From the NCBI GenBank assembly GCA_964493715.1, contig CAZBPC010000012.1:2990-63072 (forward strand): DNA of 60,083 nucleotides. Reading direction: 5' to 3'. Positions 19,332 through 30,092 of the stretch are shown here, in pieces. This DNA comes from an uncultured archaeon (GTDB lineage: Archaea; Asgardarchaeota; Lokiarchaeia; Sigyniarchaeales; SOKP01). The translations under genes were made by a program, and so were the position numbers. The notes under the pieces were generated by a model, which did no database searches, had not been told where the DNA came from, and saw nothing but the letters and a program-made list of their open reading frames with translations. How positions within the stretch are numbered: the first letter of the stretch is position 1; each line of letters begins with the position of its first letter.

Positions 19332-20018
19332 TTATTTTATTCTTTTATTTATTGTTTTATTAAAATGATCAAAAATTGAGATATCCACGGGATCATTAAC
19401 ATTTATGAATGATTCTAACTTAGCATCAAATAATTTGATTTGGTTTTCAATTGAGATATATTGTATGTTTTGTGTAGTAGGATCCAAGAGTTTAGATAAT
19501 TTAAAACAATTATTGCTTAAATTTTCTTTTGATTCCTTTAGAAATTGTGCTATTTTGTAAATAGCAAATAATGGTTCCACGTAATTATTATTCCATTTGG
19601 GTATGCATGCATCATTAAATGCAAATTGTTTCAACATGAATTTTATTACTTTTATATTAAAAAAAGGGTTATCACAAGAAAGAATAAAAGCATTTTGATA
19701 ATTTAATTGGTGCAATTCTTTAAATGCAGTATATAAACCAATTAGAGGTGATCTTATATTCTCATTTTCAATAATGTCATAATCATCGGTAAGAAATGCA
19801 GTTATTTTACTGATGTCTATGTTTTGTACATATTTCTGAACTTGTTTAATCGTATGAGCTACTAAAAAGATAGGATAATTGAAATTTGACAATTTTTCAA
19901 TCTGATGTGCTATAATAGGCTTTCCTTTATAAACATAGAGTCCTTTATCGCTTCCGAATCGTTTACTCCTTCCACCTATTAAAATTACAAATGCAAAATC
20001 TTTGGTATTTTGGCCTAT
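19332..20018 (-). CDS. mobA: molybdenum cofactor guanylyltransferase (reading frame runs 42 codons upstream of the track call, to an ATA)
   Basis: Upstream frame contains ILIGGRSKRFGSDKG; body has PLIGLY, LSCDNP, EPLFAIY, FINVN. Confidence 0.85.
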   Translation of the reverse strand: MGQNTKDFAFVILIGGRSKRFGSDKGLYVYKGKPIIAHQIEKLSNFNYPIFLVAHTIKQVQKYVQNIDISKITAFLTDDYDIIENENIRSPLIGLYTAFKELHQLNYQNAFILSCDNPFFNIKVIKFMLKQFAFNDACIPKWNNNYVEPLFAIYKIAQFLKESKENLSNNCFKLSKLLDPTTQNIQYISIENQIKLFDAKLESFINVNDPVDISIFDHFNKTINKRIK

Positions 20019-20145
20019 GTGAAATCCACTTTTCTATTTAATTGCTAATAACTTATTAAAATAATTTATAAAAACGTTCAATGATATTAATTTATTGTAG
20101 TTAATAGTAGTTGTAGATAATGATTCTATCTTATTACATACTAAA

Positions 20146-21669
20146 ATGACATTACAAACTAAAACATCGATAAATAAAGATAAACTTATAGAACATTGTG
20201 CCGTTTTTGGTGTTGCATGTAGTGATGTTGGATTTTCAGTTGCTAAAAAGTTATATTTAGGGCTTATTGCCCAACAACATCGGGGACAAGAATCAGTAGG
20301 AATATCAATTTTGAATAATGGCGGTATTATTTACACATACAAAAAAAAAGGGCTTGTATCCAAAGTATTAAATGACAAGACCTTATCTAAATTCTGGGGC
20401 AATGTAGGAATTGGGCATAATCGATATGCCACTACTGGATCTCAAGAATTTAGTTCTGAAGACTATATGCAACCATTTCATTTAAAGACTAATAATATGG
20501 AATTCTCGTTGGCATTTAATGGAACGATTCCAAATTATGCTGAGATAAAACAACGACTGGAAGATAAGGGAAGGGTGTTCATTACAAATACCGATACTGA
20601 AGTAATTGCTCAATTCATCGCCTCTTTAGCCATTGAAGAAGATAGCTGGTTAAAAATCTTAAAAAAAGCAAGTAAATTTATGGATGGTTCTTATTCTCTT
20701 ATCATTCTTACATCAAATGCCGATATTTATGCTATGCGAGACCCTTTAGGCTTTAAACCTTTATGTATTGGTGAATTGAAAACTGAAAAAAGAAATCTCT
20801 ATTTTGTTTCTTCAGAATCGTGTGCTTTGGATACAGTTGGAGCAAGGTTTATACGAGATGTTGAACCTGGAGAAATAATTCATATAAGTCATCAAAAAGG
20901 TATTCAATCAGAAATGATTATTAAAGCTGACAGGACTGCATTATGCCAATTTGAATTTGTATATTTCGCAAGACCAGATTCAGTTATAGATGGTATTTCA
21001 GTAGCAGAAGCAAGAACAAGATTAGGTACGTTATTAGCAAATAATGATCCATTATTAAAGGATCCTGATTTTAGAAAAGACGCAATAGTCGTTCCAGTGC
21101 CTGATTCAGGTAGAAGCGTTGCAGTAGGATATGCTAATGAGGCAAATCTTCCTTATAGTGAAGGATTAATGAAAAATCGCTATGTTTGGAGGACATTCAT
21201 AATGCCTGGTCAAAATAAGAGAGAATCTGCAGTGAAAGAAAAGCTTAATCCAATAAAAAGTATAATCAAGGGTAAAAACGTGATAATTTTGGATGATTCT
21301 ATTGTTCGAGGTACAACAACAGCCCAAATTATCAATTTAATCAGAGAAGCTGGAGCTAAATCTGTAAACGTAAGAATCAGTTGTCCACCAGTAATTCGCC
21401 CTTGCTACATGGGAATTGATTTTCCTACAACATCCGAACTAATTGCTGGAAGATATAAGGAGATCTATGGAGATAATTTTATTGAAGAAATTCGAAAAAA
21501 AATTGGTGCTGATACCCTACAATACCAAACTATTGAAAACCTCATGAAAGCAATAAATAAAAATGAAAATCAGCTTTGTTTAGCCTGTCTCACTGGTAAA
21601 TACCCTTTAAAATCCGTGGAAAAGATTATCGAACTTGAAAAATCCATTACCATGGATAGAAAATCCTAA
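20146..21669 (+). CDS. purF: amidophosphoribosyltransferase
   Basis: Propeptide then EHCAVFG; QHRGQES, GHNRYAT, CQFEFVYFARPDS, DDSIVRGTT, CLACLTG. Confidence 0.97.
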   Translation: MTLQTKTSINKDKLIEHCAVFGVACSDVGFSVAKKLYLGLIAQQHRGQESVGISILNNGGIIYTYKKKGLVSKVLNDKTLSKFWGNVGIGHNRYATTGSQEFSSEDYMQPFHLKTNNMEFSLAFNGTIPNYAEIKQRLEDKGRVFITNTDTEVIAQFIASLAIEEDSWLKILKKASKFMDGSYSLIILTSNADIYAMRDPLGFKPLCIGELKTEKRNLYFVSSESCALDTVGARFIRDVEPGEIIHISHQKGIQSEMIIKADRTALCQFEFVYFARPDSVIDGISVAEARTRLGTLLANNDPLLKDPDFRKDAIVVPVPDSGRSVAVGYANEANLPYSEGLMKNRYVWRTFIMPGQNKRESAVKEKLNPIKSIIKGKNVIILDDSIVRGTTTAQIINLIREAGAKSVNVRISCPPVIRPCYMGIDFPTTSELIAGRYKEIYGDNFIEEIRKKIGADTLQYQTIENLMKAINKNENQLCLACLTGKYPLKSVEKIIELEKSITMDRKS

Positions 21670-21794
21670 ATTTCATTCTTTCCTCTCTCAACAATAAGTG
21701 CACAGTTTTTCTTTGGGAAGACTTCTAGCTTCTAAATTCTCAGTTGTTCTTAATTAGGTACGTTTAAGTTTAATTAAAAAAAAGGAAAAATAAA

Positions 21795-23723
21795 TTATGT
21801 TCTAACAGTTCCTTGTAATTCTTGAATTTCCTTGGGAGATTTTTGTAACCCAGCATAGAGGAGAAAAAGTCCCATCAAAAGAAACGAGAGGGCCAACATT
21901 GGAAAGATAGCAGCCCATGGCGACGTATAGTATTGTATTCGTGACTGAGCGACATCACGACCAAGTGAGATTAGAACTGGAGATGTAAACCCTAAAAATC
22001 CTAAAAAGAAATATATAATGATTACGAATCCCATCAGAAGGGGAATATAGGGAATGATCTTTTTAGATAAATTAAATAAAGTTAATTTGGTGTTTACGAT
22101 TATTTGTGTGAATAATGGAATTAAAAGGATGCCAAAAAAGAATATCATTTCTAAGGAAGCAATTCCTTCAGTAATTGGTATTCCTATAAAGAATAGGCCT
22201 AATAACCCTAACAATACGGAAATCATCATTGGATACATGTAAACGGGAGTTAATAGAATTTCAGCTGACATTTTAAACCGACGTTTGAATAGATTCAAGG
22301 GTATCCCGAGGATTATTCCTCCAAGTAATCCAATACCCACAGCTCCTAGTCCAAAGAGTAATGAAAGCTGAGTACCGTAAACTATACGTCCAAGTACATC
22401 AAATCCCATATCTCCTTGACCCAAAGGATGTTCTGGAGATGGAGGACTCCATGCTCCGTAATTTGGCGTCGTTAAATAGTGTCTTGAATAAGGTGTCAAG
22501 ATCTGAGGGAATATGGAAATTGTTATAACAAAAATTAGGATAATTAACCCAATTATAGTAAATGGGGATTTCAGCTTAATAAGTAGATAATCTTTTAGTT
22601 TCCTAAGTTCTTTCTTGATTTTTAAAGACACGCTAACCTTCTCTGGCTTAAATTCGGAAGAACTACTCATTTGTTCATTATGATCTTTCTCATCCGATTT
22701 TTGTTGATTATATCTCTTTATTATATCTCTTTCACTTCTTATAGCTCTATATGCAAAAAATATTAGTCCTCCTACAATCATGAAAATTGTGAAAAACAAA
22801 GAAATTAGGAAAAAACAACCATTTTCTACCCAATAATCCCTGCGTTGCATTGCAGTGATTAATAACTGACCCATACCATCCAAGTTAAAGACTGATTCTA
22901 CTAAAATTACAAGCGTACCGACCATTCCAAACCCCAACCCTAGACTAGTTAAACCAAGCGTGATTGATTCATGTTTCATAGAAGAAGGGCGATCTAATTT
23001 GTTTAAAAGGTAAGATCTTACCAGCAAGATCATAAACGGAGTCAAGATAATTGTTAGAGCAATCCAAGGAAGCGCTAAATGATAGAGATAGTCAAGGAGA
23101 ATATCCCATCTTCCTGAAAGAATGGAATCAAAAAAGCGAGATCCAGTCACAAATGGTGGAGTACTCGAAATAGGATTTGTAAATCCTTGTGTCGGGAAAT
23201 AGAGAGGTGACCCTATTTGTTTGAGTTGATATGATAAGAAATATTGTAATCCCATTGATAGTAAAACTATTGGAATTGCTAGAATAATCAAAGAAATAAT
23301 TTGAGGTAAGCGTTTTCCAGTTCTGGATTTTGCTTTCATCGATCGCATTCCAAGGAATACTCCTAAGACTAGACTTACGATCAATGGAATGCTTATTACT
23401 TCCACCGATCGATACAAACGGGGTATCAAAAGAGACACTACTGATACGCCATGGCTTATTTGATTGCTAAGTCCCCAATTTCCGATAAACATCTTGAGAA
23501 AATACAACAAAAATTGAGAACTTAAGGGTAAATCTAAACCTAATTGATGATGCACTTGTTCATATTGGCTAGGAGTATATGAAGAGGGAAGATAAGCTAG
23601 AACGGGATCTCCAAGAATTATTCTTGATACCAAAAAAGAAAATATAAGAAAGAAGAAAATTATTATCGATGATACAATAGACAAGTATATTAGATTTCTA
23701 TAGATTTCTTTCATAAATTTCAC
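21795..23723 (-). CDS. fused DppB/DppC-type ABC peptide/nickel permease
   Basis: GDPV...GLDLPL, ESVFNLDGMG (DppB half); PPSPEHPLG...GFDVLGRIVYG and PWAAIFP (DppC half). Confidence 0.85.
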   Translation of the reverse strand: MKFMKEIYRNLIYLSIVSSIIIFFFLIFSFLVSRIILGDPVLAYLPSSYTPSQYEQVHHQLGLDLPLSSQFLLYFLKMFIGNWGLSNQISHGVSVVSLLIPRLYRSVEVISIPLIVSLVLGVFLGMRSMKAKSRTGKRLPQIISLIILAIPIVLLSMGLQYFLSYQLKQIGSPLYFPTQGFTNPISSTPPFVTGSRFFDSILSGRWDILLDYLYHLALPWIALTIILTPFMILLVRSYLLNKLDRPSSMKHESITLGLTSLGLGFGMVGTLVILVESVFNLDGMGQLLITAMQRRDYWVENGCFFLISLFFTIFMIVGGLIFFAYRAIRSERDIIKRYNQQKSDEKDHNEQMSSSSEFKPEKVSVSLKIKKELRKLKDYLLIKLKSPFTIIGLIILIFVITISIFPQILTPYSRHYLTTPNYGAWSPPSPEHPLGQGDMGFDVLGRIVYGTQLSLLFGLGAVGIGLLGGIILGIPLNLFKRRFKMSAEILLTPVYMYPMMISVLLGLLGLFFIGIPITEGIASLEMIFFFGILLIPLFTQIIVNTKLTLFNLSKKIIPYIPLLMGFVIIIYFFLGFLGFTSPVLISLGRDVAQSRIQYYTSPWAAIFPMLALSFLLMGLFLLYAGLQKSPKEIQELQGTVRT

Positions 23724-23857
23724 TTTAAATTCAATGGATATTGTATTTAATTAATATTTCTGAGATACAATATTTAAAAGTTCTTAATACATGTGAAACC
23801 CATTATAGTAACAATACTATTGAATCAGTATATTAATATGAAGAAATAAGAAATCAA

Positions 23858-26245
23858 TTACTTACTGTTTTTTAATTTAAAGATGCCTCCAATCAATTGA
23901 CCAATACTGATCCCAGCATCTCCAGGTGGAACTATATCATGCTCAAGAAATTGCATATGATTTCCCAAGACAATTTGTTTTATTGTTTTAGAAAATATAG
24001 CATTGTATGCCACTCCTCCAGTTAGACCTATTTTTTCTATATGATTCTTTTTTGCGGTATTAATAGCAATTTCTGCAAATGCTCTAGCAATCTCAATATG
24101 AAATTTAGAAGCGATATCTTCTCGCTTAAACTTTGAATTAAGAATTAATCCAATAATATCTAGAATTAATTTAGACGTATTTATCTGATTATTTTTCTCT
24201 ATCGCCACTTCCAAGGGTACATATTCAGGATTTCCATTAGTTGCTAAACCTTCAAGCCTCATTGCCGGTTCTCCACGATATGTTTTTATTAAGCAAGCAC
24301 CAAGGAGATACGAAACGCTATCAAATATCCTTCCAGTCGAGCTTGTTAAAGGGATTTGACTTTTTTTATATTCACCATTTGCTTTTTTGAATACTTCGAT
24401 TATAGTATTCAATTCTTCTTTACCATATTCTAAATTTTTTAGCAAATCTAAATTGGTAAATAATTTACTAGCATCCTCAACCTCTAGTGCTTTCAATAAT
24501 ATGGATGCGACCATGCGAGCTGGGTATTTGGTACATCTATCCCCACCAATCATTGGTTGATATTCTAATGAACCAACCCGTTCAAAATCTTGATATGAAC
24601 AGTTAAGAATTTCTCCTCCCCATATATTTCCATCAGGACCATAACCAACTCCATCAGTACAAATTCCAATAATTCGCTCATCAATACCAATCTTACTTTC
24701 TGCCATTAAAGATAATATATGAGCATAATGGTGCTGGATAGGGTAATATTTTATACCGAAATGAGAACTCAGATCTTTTGCAAGTTTTGTTGTTGTAAAT
24801 GCTGGATGTGCGTCACACGCAATAAATTTTATTTCTTTATCGCTTATTTGAAGTAAATTCTTAACATGAAATAGAGCATCTTGTAGGAAATTATAAGTCT
24901 CAAGGTTAATAACGTGTCCAATATGCTGGGTTGGAAAAATACGATTTCTACGTAATAAAGCTCCTGTAACAGATAATTCTGGACCTGTTGCTATTGCTCC
25001 TGAAATATCCACATCAAAGAGTAATGGGATATATTCTGGAACATATCCTCTTGAACGTCTGATCAGTTTTATTTTATCATCATGAACCCTTAAAACGCTA
25101 TCATCAGCTCTCTGATGTATGGGTCTATTATGGAGTAAGAAAGCATCTGCTAGATGTTCAAGGTGTTTGAATATTTCGTTATTTTCAATGGACATTGGTA
25201 TGCTTGATTTATTTCCACTCGTATAAACTAAAGGTTGTTGCTTTAAATAATCAAAAAGAAGATAATGGATTCCAGAATAAGGAAGCATGAATCCAATATT
25301 ATTTAAACCTGGAGCTATATGTTTACTTAATAGTGAATCATCAAGCTTTTTTCGTTCTAATAATACAATTGGTCTCCTAAAAGATGTTAAAATATCTCTT
25401 TCATGATCTGAAATCTGGAAAGATTCTTTGATCATTTCCAGATTAGGAATCATTATGGCGAACGGTTTATTTTGACGTTTTCCTTTTCGCTTTCGAAGTT
25501 TTAAGATAACATCATCATCATCAGCCAAACATACTAGATGCACTCCTCCTATTCCTTTTACAGCTAACACTTGCCCCTCTTTTATGATTTTAGCTGATTT
25601 CTCCAATAATTCTGTAATTGAATTTGTCTGTAGTTGTTCATGTGAATTATCATATAATTGATAATTTGGACCACAAACCGAGCAAGCAAATGTCTGGGCA
25701 TGAAATCTTCTATTATTATAATCTGAATATTCCTTTATACAAGATTCTGGTTTTGCTGATGTGCAAAAAGGAAATATAGACATGGTTGTTCTTTCTCTAT
25801 CGTATGGTAAAGCCTTTACCGTGGTAAATCGTGGACCACAAACAGCACACGCAATGAAAGGATAATTATAATACTTCTGTAATTTTGAATTTCTCATGTC
25901 TTCAAGACAATTTTCACAAATTGCGATATCTGGGGGTAATGTCAAGCTAATTCCCCTGCCTTCTTCGCTTTTCCCTATTGTAAAGTCAGTATATATCCTA
26001 TCAGTTTCAAATTCTTCAACATTTAATTTCTCTATATAAGCAATTTTTGGTTTATATTTCTCAATAGAACCTAAAAATGCTTTAAAATCTTCTGGTTTGC
26101 CTTGTAAATTTAATTTAACTCCAGCGTTCCCTCGATTTACAACTTGACCCATTAGACTATATTTTTGAGCTAAATTGTATAGAAAAGGGCGAAATCCTAC
26201 TCCTTGTACAATTCCTGATATATCAACTTTATACGTGTGCTTCAA
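23858..26245 (-). CDS. hypF: hydrogenase maturation carbamoyltransferase
   Basis: GIVQGVGFRPF, two CxxC zinc fingers, RRFHAQ, QHHYAH, PPGDAGISIGQ. Confidence 0.96.
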   Translation of the reverse strand: MKHTYKVDISGIVQGVGFRPFLYNLAQKYSLMGQVVNRGNAGVKLNLQGKPEDFKAFLGSIEKYKPKIAYIEKLNVEEFETDRIYTDFTIGKSEEGRGISLTLPPDIAICENCLEDMRNSKLQKYYNYPFIACAVCGPRFTTVKALPYDRERTTMSIFPFCTSAKPESCIKEYSDYNNRRFHAQTFACSVCGPNYQLYDNSHEQLQTNSITELLEKSAKIIKEGQVLAVKGIGGVHLVCLADDDDVILKLRKRKGKRQNKPFAIMIPNLEMIKESFQISDHERDILTSFRRPIVLLERKKLDDSLLSKHIAPGLNNIGFMLPYSGIHYLLFDYLKQQPLVYTSGNKSSIPMSIENNEIFKHLEHLADAFLLHNRPIHQRADDSVLRVHDDKIKLIRRSRGYVPEYIPLLFDVDISGAIATGPELSVTGALLRRNRIFPTQHIGHVINLETYNFLQDALFHVKNLLQISDKEIKFIACDAHPAFTTTKLAKDLSSHFGIKYYPIQHHYAHILSLMAESKIGIDERIIGICTDGVGYGPDGNIWGGEILNCSYQDFERVGSLEYQPMIGGDRCTKYPARMVASILLKALEVEDASKLFTNLDLLKNLEYGKEELNTIIEVFKKANGEYKKSQIPLTSSTGRIFDSVSYLLGACLIKTYRGEPAMRLEGLATNGNPEYVPLEVAIEKNNQINTSKLILDIIGLILNSKFKREDIASKFHIEIARAFAEIAINTAKKNHIEKIGLTGGVAYNAIFSKTIKQIVLGNHMQFLEHDIVPPGDAGISIGQLIGGIFKLKNSK

Positions 26246-26357
26246 AAGTCTTACTTTACTAAAATTAATCTCTAAAATAATAAAGTATCCTTATCAGATA
26301 AAATTAATAAATTAGAACAATAGGAAAAAAAGTAATGAATCTTTAGTTGATTCGAGT

Positions 26358-27503
26358 TTACAATGATTTATATACCGCTTCAATAAGTTTTTCACTACGA
26401 GGATCACCAGTTAACGTCGAAACCATTTTATTCATGACATAACATATGCTCATCTTTTCATCTAAGTCAACAGCTATTACTGAACCACCATATCCTCCCC
26501 AATAGAACAAGTTTGGATTCGGTCCAATTGGTAAATCTTTACTTTGAAGTCCCCAACCCAAACCGAAACGAATTGGAGTATTAAGGACTAAATCGATACC
26601 GGAAGACTGTACTTCTATAGATTTTTTTATGGTATCCTCTGAAAGTATACGAACTCCATCGAGTTCGCCACCACAAGCCAATGCAGCTGTTATCCTTGAT
26701 ATAGATCGGGCATTGCCATGACCGTTGGCAGCAGGAATTTCAGCACTTCGCCATTCTCGAGTTTTTGTCACTTGAGCATCAATCATTGGATTAGTGAGAC
26801 TTCTCATCGCAATCGATTTAGGATCAATAGCTCCAAAAGTACTGAGATCTATTGGCGGTGGTGGGATTAAATCAGCAACTCTATAATCTTCTTCCTCTGG
26901 TAGACCAATGTAGAAATCTGCTCCAAGTGGTTTAGCTACCTCTTCTTGAAAAAAAGTCCCTACTGTCTTTTTCGTGATACGCCTAATTACTTCGCCTAAT
27001 AAATATCCAAAAGTGACCGTGTGATATCCACTCTTCGTTCCCGGTTCCCACCATGGTTTTTGTGCTGCTAAAAGCTCAACCATTAAATCCCAATTATACA
27101 ATTTTTTAGTTCGTAATATTTTATCCCAACCTGCCAAACCAGACGTGTGGCTTAGAAGATATCGTACAGGTAGATTTTCTTTTCCAGCTTGACCAAATTC
27201 AGGCCAATATTTAGCGACTGGGGAATCTAAATCTAATAAACCTCTATCAACAAGCATGTGAGTGCATATCGCTGTCATCACCTTCGTGGTGGAAAAGACG
27301 TTTACGATCGTATCTTTTTTCCATGGTTTAGTTTGAGCAGCATCAGCAAAACCACCCCAGATATCGATAACATGTTTCCCATTGATGGTTACCGCAAATG
27401 CTGCCCCTACTTCCAAATTTTGTTCAAAATTAGATTGAAATACTTCTTTTACAGACTTGAATCGATCCTCACAATATCCTTCTATCTCAATTTTACTTTT
27501 CAT
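26358..27503 (-). CDS. serine hydrolase, beta-lactamase class C-like esterase
   Basis: FSTTK (SxxK), LLSHTSGL, GYH, WGGYGGS. Confidence 0.92.
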   Translation of the reverse strand: MKSKIEIEGYCEDRFKSVKEVFQSNFEQNLEVGAAFAVTINGKHVIDIWGGFADAAQTKPWKKDTIVNVFSTTKVMTAICTHMLVDRGLLDLDSPVAKYWPEFGQAGKENLPVRYLLSHTSGLAGWDKILRTKKLYNWDLMVELLAAQKPWWEPGTKSGYHTVTFGYLLGEVIRRITKKTVGTFFQEEVAKPLGADFYIGLPEEEDYRVADLIPPPPIDLSTFGAIDPKSIAMRSLTNPMIDAQVTKTREWRSAEIPAANGHGNARSISRITAALACGGELDGVRILSEDTIKKSIEVQSSGIDLVLNTPIRFGLGWGLQSKDLPIGPNPNLFYWGGYGGSVIAVDLDEKMSICYVMNKMVSTLTGDPRSEKLIEAVYKSL

Positions 27504-27574
27504 AATTACATTTAACTCATGATCTTTATAAAGTTATTATGTTAAGTACTATAGATTAATTACATAAACATAAT

Positions 27575-28465
27575 TTGATAATGCGAACTAGCATGAATAT
27601 TGATAATAAAAGATGGGATGTTGCTTATCATCAAGCTTTTTTTAAAACGAGTCATAATTCCTTTAATAAATCTGTACGAAGACAACTCGATCAAGGTGTC
27701 AGAGGTCTCGAATACGACATTCATGATGATAAAATTCAAGAGGTTAACGATTTTCAAGTATATCACTTGCCCAAACATGTAAATGTTGCATTGAATGTTG
27801 ATGGAAATCCAGGAGATTTATTGCTATCGAACTGGCTTGCTTTATTAAAGGACTGGTCAGATGACCAGAATAATGAACACGCACCAATAACTCTTTTTAT
27901 CGAATTAAAAGATTGTATTGTGGATGCGAACAATCAACCAAGCGAATTATATGGAATCAAAAAATTAAACAAAGTGATACTTGATGTCTTATCACCTAAT
28001 TACCTATATTCTTATCGCGACTTTAGGAAGAACAAAAATCATTGGCCAACTGTAAGGGAATTAAAAGGGTGTATAATTATTGTTTTAACCAGTTATTGGG
28101 GAGGTTTTTGGGCATCTGGTGAAGGAGGGTTTGAATCTCGTTTACAATATTTGAAGAATTGCTTAAAAGGTGAGGACGATGTTTGCTTTGTGGCGTGGAT
28201 CGAAGAAGATCGCGGAGAACAAAAATTGTTCATGAAACAAAATGCCGCGTTTTGGAAATGCAGTTTAGAATTTAGCACAGAAAATTATGAAGAGAATGTA
28301 ATGCTACAACGCCCCACCAGGGTCGATTACGATAAAATAAGAAGGGGTCTTCATGTGAAAACGTATTACGAAAAAAATTATGGAAATGGGTTTAGAGCCA
28401 ACTTTTTAGCTTCAGATTCATGGCCGGAGGAGAAATATACACAAACTTTTCCTTGGTCGATATAA
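27575..28465 (+). CDS. phosphatidylinositol-specific phospholipase C-like (PI-PLC X domain) protein
   Basis: KTSHNSF, QLDQGVRGLEYDIH, VYH, HAPITLFIELKD, WPTVRELKG; start uncertain (27575, 27581 or 27593). Confidence 0.75.
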   Translation: MIMRTSMNIDNKRWDVAYHQAFFKTSHNSFNKSVRRQLDQGVRGLEYDIHDDKIQEVNDFQVYHLPKHVNVALNVDGNPGDLLLSNWLALLKDWSDDQNNEHAPITLFIELKDCIVDANNQPSELYGIKKLNKVILDVLSPNYLYSYRDFRKNKNHWPTVRELKGCIIIVLTSYWGGFWASGEGGFESRLQYLKNCLKGEDDVCFVAWIEEDRGEQKLFMKQNAAFWKCSLEFSTENYEENVMLQRPTRVDYDKIRRGLHVKTYYEKNYGNGFRANFLASDSWPEEKYTQTFPWSI

Positions 28466-28560
28466 AATAGTTGATCAATATTATACAAATTGCTTTTTTA
28501 AAAGGATCGGACACGGTTTGCTCTTGTTAAAATATCCAGATATGTCGGAATTTACTCTTC

Positions 28561-29649
28561 TTAATGATACTTGTAATAAATACTGCAAGTACCCTCCATT
28601 GAAACCATGCATGGACCAATTGGATGGAGAGGAGTACATTCATTCCTAAACAATTTACATTCGTGTGGATAAAGTTTACCCACCATGACAAGATGACAAG
28701 AACAACCGGGGGGAATATCCCTTGATTTTTTAATCTGAATATCAAACTTTTTTTCCGCATCAAATTTATCGTATTTATCTCGTATTTTTAACCCTCCATC
28801 AAGTATTCGCCCAATTCCTCTCCAAGGGCTAGATACTGATTGAAAAACATCATCCATGATTTCTTGAGCAACTTTATTTCCCTCGGGTTTTACAACTCGA
28901 GAATATTCGTTTAATGTTTCACTCTTCTTGTTCTTAATTTGTTGGAGAAGCATTAGGATACTTAATAAAACATCGTTAGGTTCAAACCCGGCGATCACAT
29001 TAGGGACTTTATAGGCATCTGAAAAAATTTTAAATGGTTGCAAGCCTATAATTGTAGAGACATGACCAGGCGAAATAAATCCATCAATATTAAGCTGAGA
29101 TTGACTGATTAATAGTTCTAATGCCGCAGGAATTAATTTATATGCGCAAATTACTGAAAAATTCGTAGGAGGGCCGCTTTGTATTTCATATCCGATTAAT
29201 GGAACTGTAGTTTCAAATCCGATTGCAAAAAAAATGACTTCTTTAGTCGGATTTTCTTTTGCGATTTTTATTGCATCATGTGGTCCATATACTATTCTCA
29301 CATCTGCTCCTTTAGCTTTTAATTCCGATAATGAAAGATTGGTGGCGGGAACACGAATCATGTCGCCGAACGTGGTAATGATAGTATTGTCTCGCTTGCC
29401 AATTTCAATAGCTTTATCGATATCTGCGGCGGGACATACGCAAACTGGACATCCTGGACCTGAGAGGATCTCTAACTCTTTGGGTAATAATGTTCTTAGC
29501 CCGTATTTAGATATGGTATGTTCATGTGTGCCGCACACATGCATGATCTTAATCGGTTTATTTAAATCCTTTATGATTTTAGCTATTAAATTAGTGATTT
29601 TTTCCGTAAATTCCTTGCTTCTTAAGATCTTTATTCCAGGAATGTCCAT
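28561..29649 (-). CDS. hypD: hydrogenase maturation protein HypD
   Basis: MHVCGTHE, GPGCPVC, GFETT, PGHVS, GPCMVSMEGTC. Confidence 0.96.
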   Translation of the reverse strand: MDIPGIKILRSKEFTEKITNLIAKIIKDLNKPIKIMHVCGTHEHTISKYGLRTLLPKELEILSGPGCPVCVCPAADIDKAIEIGKRDNTIITTFGDMIRVPATNLSLSELKAKGADVRIVYGPHDAIKIAKENPTKEVIFFAIGFETTVPLIGYEIQSGPPTNFSVICAYKLIPAALELLISQSQLNIDGFISPGHVSTIIGLQPFKIFSDAYKVPNVIAGFEPNDVLLSILMLLQQIKNKKSETLNEYSRVVKPEGNKVAQEIMDDVFQSVSSPWRGIGRILDGGLKIRDKYDKFDAEKKFDIQIKKSRDIPPGCSCHLVMVGKLYPHECKLFRNECTPLHPIGPCMVSMEGTCSIYYKYH

Positions 29650-29792
29650 GTAATTTATTCAATTTTTAGTATTAATTAGATTATTAAATCAAAAATAATA
29701 TAACACAGAGTAGTATATTAAATAATAGAATTAATTTTAAAATATTAAATTCAAATAAAAATATTCCTACTATAATAACTCTGCATATCATA

Positions 29793-30092
29793 ATGGACAG
29801 TAATCTAATATTAAAGGAAGAGATTAAAGATAAAATAATATCTATTCTTGTAAAACATGGTATTAAAAGAATTTTAGTTTTTGGATCACATGCTCGCAAT
29901 GAAGCAACTCCAACAAGTGATATTGATTTAATTGTAGATTTCCCTGAGGGAACTAGTTTGTTGGATCATGTTGGTATTGAGATAGAATTGTCTGAAGCGT
30001 TGAATATGAAGATAGATCTATTATCTCGAAATGGTATAAGTCCTTATATTAAGGATCATATCTTAAAAGAAGCAATTGTGATTTATGAATGA
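29793..30092 (+). CDS. MNT nucleotidyltransferase antitoxin
   Basis: FGSHARNE...SDIDL (GSx10DxD); overlaps the next gene by ATGA. Confidence 0.9.
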   Translation: MDSNLILKEEIKDKIISILVKHGIKRILVFGSHARNEATPTSDIDLIVDFPEGTSLLDHVGIEIELSEALNMKIDLLSRNGISPYIKDHILKEAIVIYE

